Below are positions 1-8,704 of a stretch of DNA of 64,000 bases, piece after piece. The position numbers and the translations under genes were made by a program. The stretch covers positions 3,509,901-3,573,900 of the forward strand of contig OZ242007.1 in assembly GCA_965204695.1 (NCBI GenBank), written 5' to 3'. Numbering within the stretch: the first letter of the stretch is position 1; each line of letters starts with the position of its first letter. The notes beneath the pieces are model-generated. The model searched no databases. It was given only the letters and a program-made list of their open reading frames with translations, and was not told where the DNA came from. The stretch comes from Arenicellales bacterium (lineage in GTDB: Bacteria; Pseudomonadota; Gammaproteobacteria; Arenicellales; JAHEKD01).

Positions 1-830
1 ACGAGTAAATTTCTGGCTATTTGAAGTCTTAAATCCATATAATATTTAGTCGGTGTAGAGTCTAAATTTTCTCGGAACAACCGTTCAAGTTGCCGTGTGG
101 ATATCCCGATATAATGAGATAGTTCTTTAAGTCTGATTGGCTCTTCAATGTTTGACTCCATTAAAGTAACTGCCTCAATCAATTTCGGATGATTAGTGCC
201 GATAATATGTTTTAGGGGAACTCGTTGTTTATCTTCAGTGCTTCGAATTCTTTCTAACATCAGTGTTTCAGAAATATCTGACGCAAGCTCGGTACCTTGT
301 CGATGCTTGATTAAGGTAGCAATCAAGTGCACTGCTGAAGCACCACCTGGACAGCTAAATCGGTCTATGTCTATTTCATATAGACATTTAGTAAAAATTA
401 CATCCGGAAATGTGTGTTGCATGAAACTAAAACTGTGCCAATGAACACTACATCGATATTTGTCGAATAAACCTAACTTAGCTAAAACATATATTCCTGA
501 GGAAATTGCTCCAAGAGGAATATTTTTCTTGGATATATTTATTAGCATAGTTTTTGTCTTGTCATTAATCTCATCTGTTGGGTTATCACTACCACAGACA
601 AAAAAGCAATCCATCTTCATGGCTTCATCAATTGTATTATCAGGATGAGTCAAAGAACCAATTGTAGATTTAACCAAACTATTATCTTGAGTAAATACTG
701 CACAATGGTAAAGCTCTTTTCCAGCAAGTTTATTCGCCAGCAAAAAAGTTTCGACAATTGAGGCATAAGCAATCATAGAAAACTTCGGTAATAGAAGGAG
801 GCCAATTTTTGTAGTGATTGATTTATCCAT
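1..830 (-). CDS. GlxA/GbdR-like AraC-family transcriptional regulator (DJ-1/PfpI-like N-domain + AraC HTH); C-terminus runs off the window
   Basis: Absent from the ORF track because it is open at the window edge. My minus-strand translation from the ATG (cat at 828-830) reads MDKSITTKIGLLLLPKFSMIAYASIVETF...IPLGAISSGIYVLAKLGLFDKYRCSVHWHS...IEEPIRLKELSHYIGISTRQLERLFRENLDSTPTKYYMDLRLQIARNLL. That is the GlxA/CdhR/GbdR layout. Confidence 0.75.
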   Translation of the reverse strand, partial: MDKSITTKIGLLLLPKFSMIAYASIVETFLLANKLAGKELYHCAVFTQDNSLVKSTIGSLTHPDNTIDEAMKMDCFFVCGSDNPTDEINDKTKTMLINISKKNIPLGAISSGIYVLAKLGLFDKYRCSVHWHSFSFMQHTFPDVIFTKCLYEIDIDRFSCPGGASAVHLIATLIKHRQGTELASDISETLMLERIRSTEDKQRVPLKHIIGTNHPKLIEAVTLMESNIEEPIRLKELSHYIGISTRQLERLFRENLDSTPTKYYMDLRLQIARNLL

Positions 831-1189
831 TAATGTACAACTTGCCGATAATTACAATGCAATAATGATCCTAGTCAAACGAAGTTTCAATATGATTATT
901 GAATTACATCACTTGGTAATTATCTAGCTTAACTATTATCTTGGTCAAACGTAATTGAAACTTTAAAAGTTTCCTGTACCTGTAACAATGGATTAATTTA
1001 AATGTCTAGCTGCTGTTTCTTTGATCAGCATCAATTAAGTTAAAGTTATACTAGTTTATAAAGTTTCATAAATATAGAACTTTAAGAGAAATAATAAATA
1101 TTTATAAAACATTGATTAATTTCTATATTAATAATAAGGAAAGATTGAACATTCACTCAAATGTTTTACATACCCCTACGTGAAAGTTG

Positions 1190-1220
1190 GGCCGGCAATC
1201 TTTCTGCCGGCCTATCTTTT
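1190..1220 (+). terminator. Orphan rho-independent-terminator-like hairpin
   Basis: The stem ggccggca (1190-1197) pairs with tgccggcc (1205-1212) around a 7-nt loop, followed by tatctttt. No annotated plus-strand gene lies upstream. Confidence 0.35.
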
Positions 1221-1401
1221 ACACCAGACTGATGAAATTAAATACATGCAGATATCACCGACGATAAAGGATTGAGTCAATCAGTCATTTACGACAGTCT
1301 AGACATCTAATTTTAATTTCATTGATTGACCTAGCCCCAGAAAGTTGATCCAGTTGATGAGATAGGATTTGGTTTACTATTTAGCTTAAAGGAGTCAATT
1401 T

Positions 1402-1683
1402 ATGCCTAAAGGTAAACGCGTTCCAACCGAGACCATAATCAAAACACTGCGTGAAGTGGAAATTCATCACGCCCAAGGTCACACCATTGCCGAGAGTTGC
1501 CGTCAGTGCGGTATTACCGAACAAACCTACTACCGCTGGCGTAAGCAGTACGGTGGTATGCAAGTGAACCAGGTTCGTCAAATGAAGGATCTGGAAAAGG
1601 AGAATGCACGTCTTCGCAAAGCGGTGTCTGATTTAACGTTGGATAAATTAATCCTAGAGGAAGCGTTGTCGGGAAAGTATTAA
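1402..1683 (+). CDS. IS3-family transposase OrfA (HTH)
   Basis: 93 aa. Carries an HTH region (IAESCRQCGITEQTYYRWRKQY) followed by a leucine-zipper-like tail, typical of IS3 OrfA. An RBS (aaggag) lies upstream. Confidence 0.9.
   Translation: MPKGKRVPTETIIKTLREVEIHHAQGHTIAESCRQCGITEQTYYRWRKQYGGMQVNQVRQMKDLEKENARLRKAVSDLTLDKLILEEALSGKY
1671..1677 (+). promoter_or_regulatory. Putative programmed -1 ribosomal frameshift heptamer G GGA AAG
   Basis: Fits the X XXY YYZ pattern just before the orfA stop. The -1 frame reads GKVLSPERRRLCVDHVREQLCVSERRACQVIGQPRSTQRY and runs directly into orfB, which is the classic IS3 OrfAB junction. Confidence 0.7.
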
Positions 1684-1841
1684 GCCCGGAGCGTCGCCGT
1701 TTATGTGTTGATCATGTTCGTGAGCAGCTTTGTGTATCTGAACGCAGAGCCTGTCAAGTAATTGGTCAACCGCGTTCCACCCAACGTTATCAGCGTATTG
1801 TCAAAGACGATGAAGCGGCACTGACAGCGGATATCATTCAA

Positions 1842-2603
1842 TTGGCGAGTGAGTTTGGCCGTTATGGGTATCGCCGTATTACTGCACTGTTAAAACTGTA
1901 TCTGGGTTGGTGTGTAAATCATAAACGTGTAGAACGTATCTGGCGACGTGAGGGGCTAAAAGTACCGAGTAAACAACCCAAACGAGGTCGACTATGGCTC
2001 AATGATGGCTCGTGTGTTCGATTAAGACCGAGTTGGAAGAATCATGTCTGGGCCTATGACTTCGTTCAAGATCTTACGGATGATGGTCGTGCTTATCGAC
2101 TGTTAACCATCATTGATGAATATACCCGAGAATGTCTGGCGATTATTACTGAGAGACGTCTGAACAGTGCTAGTGTACTCAACGCTCTAGAACAGTTATT
2201 CATGGCACGTGGTATTCCTGATCATATTCGCTCCGATAATGGGTCCGAATTCACGGCCAGGGCTGTACGTGAATGGTTAACCAAAATGAAAGTTAAAACG
2301 TTATTTATTGAACCCGGTTCTCCCTGGGAGAACGGTTACAATGAAAGTTTCAATGGCAAGCTACGTGATGAACTGTTGGATCGTGAAGTGCTTTATACAT
2401 TGACTGAAGCACAAGTGCTGGTTGAGCGATGGCGGGTCCATTACAACACAATTCGACCACACTCATCGCTAGGTTATCGACCACCAGCCCCGCAGACGAT
2501 CTTGCCAAACCCTTCAAGAATTGCTTACACTACGTTCCAGCCCTTCTTGAAGGGAAACTGTAACCCGAACCAGAGACTAACTTCTAAACTGGTACCAACT
2601 TAA
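1842..2603 (+). CDS. IS3-family transposase OrfB (DDE/integrase core). Probably made as an OrfAB fusion, since the frame is open from 1671.
   Basis: Contains rve-type motifs: WAYDFV...IIDEYTRECL...IRSDNGSEFTA...SPWENGYNESFNGKLRDE...YNTIRPHSSLGYRPPAP. Confidence 0.9.
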   Translation: MASEFGRYGYRRITALLKLYLGWCVNHKRVERIWRREGLKVPSKQPKRGRLWLNDGSCVRLRPSWKNHVWAYDFVQDLTDDGRAYRLLTIIDEYTRECLAIITERRLNSASVLNALEQLFMARGIPDHIRSDNGSEFTARAVREWLTKMKVKTLFIEPGSPWENGYNESFNGKLRDELLDREVLYTLTEAQVLVERWRVHYNTIRPHSSLGYRPPAPQTILPNPSRIAYTTFQPFLKGNCNPNQRLTSKLVPT

Positions 2604-2820
2604 GGGGCAGATCAGGATTTGGATGGTGTGAGGTGCCTTGAGCGCTGGTGGTTTAGTTAATTAAGTGAACCAGCAGCATTGATTTATTAAGGGGCCTTGA
2701 GGTCCCTTAATATGATCATGATTGTGCAAGGCAGGCTAATTGGGAATGAACTGTAAAAAAACTATATCAGACGAGCAATGTGAATGTTTATCAAACGAAA
2801 TGTAGAGCAGGAAATAACGA

Positions 2821-5277
2821 ATGAGCACTAAGCAATTGCCAGGTGCAGCTAAAGTTGTAATCGTCGGTGGAGGAGTAATCGGCGCTTCCATGGCCTATCA
2901 TCTGGCACTCGAGGGTTGGACAGATTGTTTATTAATTGAAAAAGCTGAACTGACATCCGGCTCAACATGGCACGCGGCAGGGCAGTGTCCAAGTTTTGTC
3001 CCGGATTATAATTTGGCGAAAATTCATGATTATGGTGTCAATCTTTACCCCAAACTTGAGGGGTTGACGGGTCAATATGTGAGCTGGCACGGGTGTGGAG
3101 GTATCCGTTTTGCCTATAATCATGCTGAAGTTGAATGGTTTCACCGAGTAGCGGGTGTGGGTAAATTGATAGGATATGAATGCGAAATCATTGACCCTTC
3201 AAAGATCCAGGAACTGCTGCCTTACGCCAACATCGAAGGTGTGATTGCAGGCGCCTGGACCCTGAATGATGGACATGTTGATCCAGCAGGTGTCTGTAAT
3301 GCCATGGCAAAAGGGGCAAGAGACTTGGGCGCAAATATTGTGACTAATAATCGTGTGCTGGATATCGTCAACCGTTCTTCCGGAGATTGGGAAGTCATCA
3401 CTGAGCAAGGCAATGTTATTGCTGAGCATGTAGTCAATGCAGCCGGTTGCTATGCGCGTCAGGTTTCGCAGATGGTGGGTACTGATATCCCCATGATCAA
3501 TATGAAACATACCTACATCGTGACGGATGCAGTACCAGAGTTTATTGACCAGGATGAAGAAATGCCGGTTATTCGCGATCCTTATCCATCTTCGTATTAC
3601 CGTCAGGAACAAAAGTCAGCATTGATTGGAATTTATGAGATGGCCAATTCTGAGCAATGTTGGACACATCGAGGCGGCTGGCCGGAATGGGAATCTAAGA
3701 ATGAGTTGTTTGATCCTGACTTTGACAACCTAATGCCCTATATAGAACGTGTCTTCGAGAGAGTACCCATGTGGTCGGAGTTAGGCATTAAACGGATTGT
3801 TTGTGGAGCGATTCCCCATACACCTGACAGTAATCCGTTCTTGGGGCCAGCGGCTGGGCTTCGAAATTTTTGGCACGCTAACGGTATGTCAATTGGTGTT
3901 GCCGCCGGGGCTGGGTCCGGTAAATATCTGGCGCAATGGATGGTTCATGGTGATGCTGAAATAAATATGGCCGGTTTTGACCCGCGTCGATTTAGTGGTT
4001 TTGCCCCGGGGGAATATACAAAAGAGAAATCTCACGAGGATTACGAACATATGTATAAATTACACTTGCCGGGTGAAGAGCGTCCGGCGGGTCGTAAAAT
4101 CAGAGCAACGCCTTTGTATGATGTGCTGAGCGAAAAAGGTGCTGTGTTTGAGGAGGTCAATGGTTGGGAGCGTGCGAAGTGGTTTTCGCTGGATGGACGA
4201 AAAGAGGAAATAGGTTTTAAGCGTAACAATACATTTGAGGTTGTTGCTGCTGAATGTCGTGCTGTGAGAGAACGTGTTGGCATCATGGAGCTATCGACAT
4301 TTGGGAAATACGATGTTGTGGGCAAGGATGCGGAAAAAATGTTAAATCGCATTACTGCTAATAAAATGCCAGTAAGAGAGGGTGGGATTACACTTTCCCA
4401 TTATCTGGCCGAAAACGGTCGACTAAACGGTGAGTCCACCATTACTCGTCTGGCTGAAGGTCATTATTACGTGCTCTCAGGAGCGACTTGCGAAGAGCGA
4501 GATCTTTCTACCTTGTATTTTGGTATTGAGCCAGATGAAGATGTAAACGTGATAAACCGTACAAATGACTTTGGTGCCTTAGTCGTGGCAGGGCCGAAAT
4601 CGAGAGAGGTACTGAACCAGTTAACCGATACTGATTTATCAAATGAGTCATTCAAATGGTTAACCGGCAGGGAGATTCAAATTGCAGGCGCCACGGTTCG
4701 CGCCCTAAGAGTGAACTATGTAGGTGAATTAGGGTGGGAAATTCATTGCCGCATGGATGATTTAGTGAGCATATATGAAGCTATCTGTAACGCTGGACAA
4801 GCGTTTGATATTTCCAATTTCGGGACCTATGCAGTGAATTCATTGCGGATGGAAAAAGGATACAAAGGCTGGGGGCATGAATTAACCAATGAGATCACCA
4901 TGGTAGAGGCAGATTTGATGCGTTTTTTTAATACTAATAAAGGTGATTTTCGTGGCAAGCAAGCGACATTAGCATTAAACGAATTAGCAGCTGACCCCTT
5001 GGCGCTGAAGCAAAAACTGGTGTATTTCGAGGTTGATGCCGAGGATAATGATGTGGTGGGAGGTGAAGCTGTGTTAATGGGTGACAGGCCTATTGGCGTA
5101 ACGACTTCGGGGGGGTATGGCCATACTACGGGACAAAGCCTAGGGTTTGCATATGTTTCTCCAGAATTTGTAGAACCGGGTAGTCAATTTGATGTTTTAT
5201 TAATCGGTCAACCACGCAAAGCCACTGTACTGGCTAAACCAGTGTGGGACGCTACAAGCGAGCGATCGAGAATGTAA
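2821..5277 (+). CDS. Dimethylglycine/sarcosine dehydrogenase family protein (FAD DAO domain + GcvT folate-binding aminomethyltransferase domain)
   Basis: 818 aa. The N-terminus has the dinucleotide fold VVIVGGGVIGASMAYHLA. The C-terminal half is GcvT-like (NSLRMEKGYKGWGHEL...GGYGHTTGQSLGFAYV). Confidence 0.85.
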   Translation: MSTKQLPGAAKVVIVGGGVIGASMAYHLALEGWTDCLLIEKAELTSGSTWHAAGQCPSFVPDYNLAKIHDYGVNLYPKLEGLTGQYVSWHGCGGIRFAYNHAEVEWFHRVAGVGKLIGYECEIIDPSKIQELLPYANIEGVIAGAWTLNDGHVDPAGVCNAMAKGARDLGANIVTNNRVLDIVNRSSGDWEVITEQGNVIAEHVVNAAGCYARQVSQMVGTDIPMINMKHTYIVTDAVPEFIDQDEEMPVIRDPYPSSYYRQEQKSALIGIYEMANSEQCWTHRGGWPEWESKNELFDPDFDNLMPYIERVFERVPMWSELGIKRIVCGAIPHTPDSNPFLGPAAGLRNFWHANGMSIGVAAGAGSGKYLAQWMVHGDAEINMAGFDPRRFSGFAPGEYTKEKSHEDYEHMYKLHLPGEERPAGRKIRATPLYDVLSEKGAVFEEVNGWERAKWFSLDGRKEEIGFKRNNTFEVVAAECRAVRERVGIMELSTFGKYDVVGKDAEKMLNRITANKMPVREGGITLSHYLAENGRLNGESTITRLAEGHYYVLSGATCEERDLSTLYFGIEPDEDVNVINRTNDFGALVVAGPKSREVLNQLTDTDLSNESFKWLTGREIQIAGATVRALRVNYVGELGWEIHCRMDDLVSIYEAICNAGQAFDISNFGTYAVNSLRMEKGYKGWGHELTNEITMVEADLMRFFNTNKGDFRGKQATLALNELAADPLALKQKLVYFEVDAEDNDVVGGEAVLMGDRPIGVTTSGGYGHTTGQSLGFAYVSPEFVEPGSQFDVLLIGQPRKATVLAKPVWDATSERSRM

Positions 5278-5366
5278 AAACTAGTTCTTTGAGCATTCAC
5301 TTTATACTCGTAATCAGTCATTTGATATATCGTATGAGTAGGATTTAATGGTTGTATGTGTGCGAT

Positions 5367-5708
5367 TCATAGAGATGGTTTCAATTTTCTGAGTTTCAAA
5401 TCTAACTTGTAATTGGCTTCATGTATTTGTTCTTTTGATTGAAAATAGTTTTTGTAAACCTCATCGGAGAAAGGTGTTTTTTCACTGGCTTCAAAATATT
5501 TATCGATTGGAGTACGACCATTATGATAGCCATGAGGTCGATCCCAGTTGTAATGATGTTGCTATTCAGCCAATCTCAACGCTAAATCAGGATCATCAAA
5601 ATCAACGGTTGAATAAAATTCGTCTTTATCTGTTTTTTGTGAACGTTCGACTTTGCCGTAAAGGTTTACTCGAACAGTCCGCTTCGAGTATGAAAGAGTC
5701 TTTGAAAT
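5367..5708 (-). pseudogene. IS481-like DDE transposase remnant (C-terminal ~110 codons, with an internal TAG)
   Basis: Minus-strand translation reads ...RTVRVNLYGKVERSQKTDKDEFYSTVDFDDPDLALRLAE*QHHYNWDRPHGYHNGRTPIDKYF... It keeps the GKVERS and HYNxxRPH motifs, the N-terminal two thirds are missing, and there is an in-frame stop at 5562-5564. Confidence 0.6.
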
Positions 5709-5777
5709 TTAAATGGTTGCTGACAAGAATTAATAAACTTTTGCCAGTAATTTTTGATGATGAGATTCAAGTTCTGT

Positions 5778-5915
5778 AATTGTTGCTGGGTTATGTGGGA
5801 TTTATTCTATTGTTTAAATAGAAGTAAATGCAGTAAACGCCCAAAATTTGTGTTTGTAAGTTGCTGAAATATAAAGAATTAAAAAACAAATCCTTTTCTC
5901 ATAATGATGGGGTCG
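5778..5915 (+). repeat. Intergenic repeat family, copy A (longest form)
   Basis: gctgggttatgtgggatttattctattgtttaaatag...gcagtaaacgcccaaaatttgtgtttgtaag...ttctcataatgatggggtcg aligns by eye with 23476-23570 and 30065-30188. Confidence 0.8.
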
Positions 5916-6082
5916 GTATCAGTGATCAATTGAAGACTAAGTTCCGCAGTTTGCCTTTACTGGACATTTATTAGATAAGTCAAAATTGACGAATGTCGTT
6001 TATAGCAAACTTTTGACATTAAACACTATGGTAAGTAGGTATGAGAATATTTGATTCTGAATATAGATGATAATTCAAAACC

Positions 6083-6250
6083 ATGTTCATAACCATTTTT
6101 ATAATTGTCCTGACCATATCGACTTTGGTTTGCCACTTCGTAGCAAAGTCACGCAATCTCGATGTTGGATTTTGGACAAGAATGGGTATTTTGTTTGGCC
6201 CACTTGCCATTCCATTTGTTTTTTTTAGAAAGAAAACACCAAAGCCATAA
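6083..6250 (+). CDS. Possible small membrane protein (55 aa)
   Basis: Falls below the ORF-track cutoff. Translation is MFITIFIIVLTISTLVCHFVAKSRNLDVGFWTRMGILFGPLAIPFVFFRKKTPKP, with two hydrophobic segments. There is no clear RBS. Confidence 0.25.
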   Translation: MFITIFIIVLTISTLVCHFVAKSRNLDVGFWTRMGILFGPLAIPFVFFRKKTPKP

Positions 6251-6317
6251 TTTATTAAGCAATTAAGTATATTTTTCTAAATTGTCTATAAACTCGGTAT
6301 AATATTTCGAGACATAG

Positions 6318-8195
6318 ATGACAATGCCTAAGTCGTTGATCAAAATTTTGGCTTTTGCCCTTGCATGTTCAATTTCATTCCCTTCACTTTCTAACTCACC
6401 ACGAATAATTAACAAAGAGAGTGTTAAGACTTTCTTTGATATTGCATTTGAAACACAGAAGCTTGAACATAAGTTAGTTGGTGCAGCGATTGTTCTTGTC
6501 AAGGGCGGTGAAATTTTATTCAAAAAAGGTTACGGCTATGCCGATCTTGAACAACGAATACCTGTTGATCCAGACAAACATCTATTTCGAATTGCATCGA
6601 TTAGCAAAACCTTCACGTGGACTGCGATCATGCAATTGGTTGAGGATGGCAAGTTAGACCTTGAAGATGACATACAGAAATATTTAGATTTTCAAATCCC
6701 CAATACATTCGAAGAGCCTATCCGCCTGAAGCATCTTCTCACTCATACACCAGGCTTTGAAGATCAAAATGTCGAGTTTTCCCCAAGGAAACTTGAAAAT
6801 CTAATGGAACTAGGGGAATACCTACCAACTCATATCCCTGCCAGAGTACGAAAGCCCGGCGTCTTTCTTTCTTATTCCAATTATGGCAGTGCAGTTGCAG
6901 GCTATATTGTTGAACGGGTATCAGGAATTCCCTGGGCTGATTATATCCAGCAACTAATTCTTAACCCTCTCAATATGACAGATACCAATGTATACCAACC
7001 TATGCATGAAGCTCATCAATCTTCTCATGCCAAAGGTTATCAATATACGCAGGGAGTATACAAACCAACAGATTATTTATTTATGCATCAATCTCCAGCT
7101 GGCCTCATGAGTTCAACAGCAGATGATATGGCTAAGTGGATGCTGGCACATTTAAATCTAGGAAAATTAAACGGTGTTTCAATATTAAAAACCGCAACTT
7201 CAAGCTTAATGCAATCAGAGTTATTTAGGCAGCACCCTAATGATCAGGCAGTTTTACATGGTTTTTATAGAACTGATCAAAATGGTGTTGAAGTGTTTGG
7301 TCATGGAGGAGATGTTAATCAATTTCACTCCAACCTTAGTTTAATACCAGAGCATAACCTTGGCATCTTTGTGAGCTACAACTCTGGCCCTGGTCATGCG
7401 GCCAGAACTAATGTCATTCAGTCGTTTCTGGATTATTTTTTCCCAATGCGGTTTTCAGAAATTATTCAACCGAACTTGGATGTGCTTTTGGATGATTACA
7501 CTGGAACATGGATTAACACACGACGAAATCAGTCAACTTTCGAGAAATTAAGTATGTTGCTGAGCGAAATCTACATTAGAAGTGATAACAATGAGTTGAT
7601 AATCTCAGCAGGATCATCGGTCTCTCGGTGGATTCCCGTTAAACATAATTACTTTCGTGCGAAGTATTCGAATAAACATTTAATCTTTTATCGGGATGAT
7701 AACGATACTACAACTCATTTCAGTATTGACGATGGTTGGCCTGCTTCTTTCGAGCGCATTGCTTGGTATGAATCCAGTAGACTTCATAAAATTCTTTTCT
7801 TTACGGTTGGTATGGTTACACTTTTATATCTGCTCAGATTTATTTATTTTCTGATGTTCAATCGCGATAGCTTTAACGGAATATCGAAATTTGATCGAAG
7901 TATCGCTGCGATGACAAGCGCGGCTATCGTTTTTCTTATTTATAAGCTTGTTATCGAGTTAACTGGAGATTCAAGTAAATTTATCTACGGGATTCCAGAT
8001 TCCATTCACCACGTTTTTATATTGGTACTAATTGTTTTGCCACTTTCACTTGGAGTTTGTGTTCTTTCAATTCGTCAATGGGTAAAAAACTCAGGTAGTT
8101 TCCTAGCCAGATTGAATTATGGAATATTGGCATGTGTAACTCTAATTTTTGTAATTTTGACATGGTTCTGGAACATATTAGATATTCATATTTGA
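6318..8195 (+). CDS. Beta-lactamase-fold serine hydrolase with a C-terminal multi-TM domain
   Basis: 625 aa with a signal peptide and the SxxK motif (ASISKTFT). The last ~150 aa contain 4-5 hydrophobic helices. Confidence 0.75.
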   Translation: MTMPKSLIKILAFALACSISFPSLSNSPRIINKESVKTFFDIAFETQKLEHKLVGAAIVLVKGGEILFKKGYGYADLEQRIPVDPDKHLFRIASISKTFTWTAIMQLVEDGKLDLEDDIQKYLDFQIPNTFEEPIRLKHLLTHTPGFEDQNVEFSPRKLENLMELGEYLPTHIPARVRKPGVFLSYSNYGSAVAGYIVERVSGIPWADYIQQLILNPLNMTDTNVYQPMHEAHQSSHAKGYQYTQGVYKPTDYLFMHQSPAGLMSSTADDMAKWMLAHLNLGKLNGVSILKTATSSLMQSELFRQHPNDQAVLHGFYRTDQNGVEVFGHGGDVNQFHSNLSLIPEHNLGIFVSYNSGPGHAARTNVIQSFLDYFFPMRFSEIIQPNLDVLLDDYTGTWINTRRNQSTFEKLSMLLSEIYIRSDNNELIISAGSSVSRWIPVKHNYFRAKYSNKHLIFYRDDNDTTTHFSIDDGWPASFERIAWYESSRLHKILFFTVGMVTLLYLLRFIYFLMFNRDSFNGISKFDRSIAAMTSAAIVFLIYKLVIELTGDSSKFIYGIPDSIHHVFILVLIVLPLSLGVCVLSIRQWVKNSGSFLARLNYGILACVTLIFVILTWFWNILDIHI

Positions 8196-8544
8196 TCTTT
8201 AGAGTCCAAGACTAATGATGTTTAGACAAGTAGCATGAAATCAAAATTAATCTCCATTTTTAATGACGGTTTTGTTCAGCTATTGCTCAATTAATCGAAT
8301 GCTTGATAGTCGGTATTGAGGAAAAAACTAGGGGCCGGTGACAAATGAGAATGATTTGCAGCTGAGTCTGACCCACTTAAAAAATTAGTTTGAGTTGACT
8401 TTGGCTCGGTAAATCGTCCAAACAACCACTTCAAGTTAATTATAAAACCACGGCCATATCTTTTTGATGTGTGCAGAGTAGGGCTATAGACTTTCTAATC
8501 AATTATGAATATTTGTATATTCTTTACGCAAATTTTATTATCGT

Positions 8545-8703
8545 TCGCGTAAGCGACAGAATACCATGGGTTTACCCGTGGATGAATGAGTGTATTTAGA
8601 TTGAACATCACATATTTAATATGTGATGTTCATCGGATCAGCCCGAAAGGGCTGTTACGATAAGCACCCCGGCTTTAGCGGGGGAATCTATGTAAACACA
8701 TAG
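8545..8703 (+). other. Array of six consecutive stem-loops: candidate structured RNA or stacked terminators
   Basis: Stems, written arm/loop/arm: tcgc/gtaa/gcga; ccatggg/ttta/cccgtgg (one U-G wobble, valid only on the plus strand); a perfect 13-bp gaacatcacatat/tta/atatgtgatgttc; cagccc/gaaa/gggctg; ccccg/gctttag/cgggg; ctatgt/aaac/acatag. Confidence 0.3.
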
Positions 8704-8704
8704 G

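Larger units (their letters stand above)
1327..2614 (+). mobile_element. IS3-family insertion sequence (IS407-group-like), copy 1
   Basis: Has the two-ORF orfA/orfB layout with a frameshift heptamer. The imperfect terminal inverted repeats are TGACCTAGCCCCAGAAAGTTGATCCAGTT (left) and TGATCTGCCCCTTAAGTTGGTACCAGTT (reverse complement of the right end). A near-identical second copy lies at 42780-44069. Confidence 0.9.

Noticed and set aside
196-648. Two plus-strand track ORFs (196-444 and 460-648)
   Set aside because: They lie antisense inside the much longer minus-strand GlxA/GbdR-like reading frame, which has clear family motifs. Their translations are low-complexity and carry no motifs.
1381-1581. 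Minus-strand 66-aa ORF, duplicated at 42834-43034
   Set aside because: It is antisense to IS3 orfA, and it is duplicated only because the IS is duplicated. There is no independent support for it.
2962-4655. Five minus-strand ORFs (2962-3144, 3199-3612, 3222-3437, 4041-4352, 4467-4655)
   Set aside because: All are antisense shadows inside the 818-aa dehydrogenase gene.
5435-5779. Plus-strand 114-aa ORF
   Set aside because: The opposite strand encodes recognisable IS481-type transposase motifs (GKVERS, HYNWDRPH). The plus-strand ORF is the mirror of that remnant.
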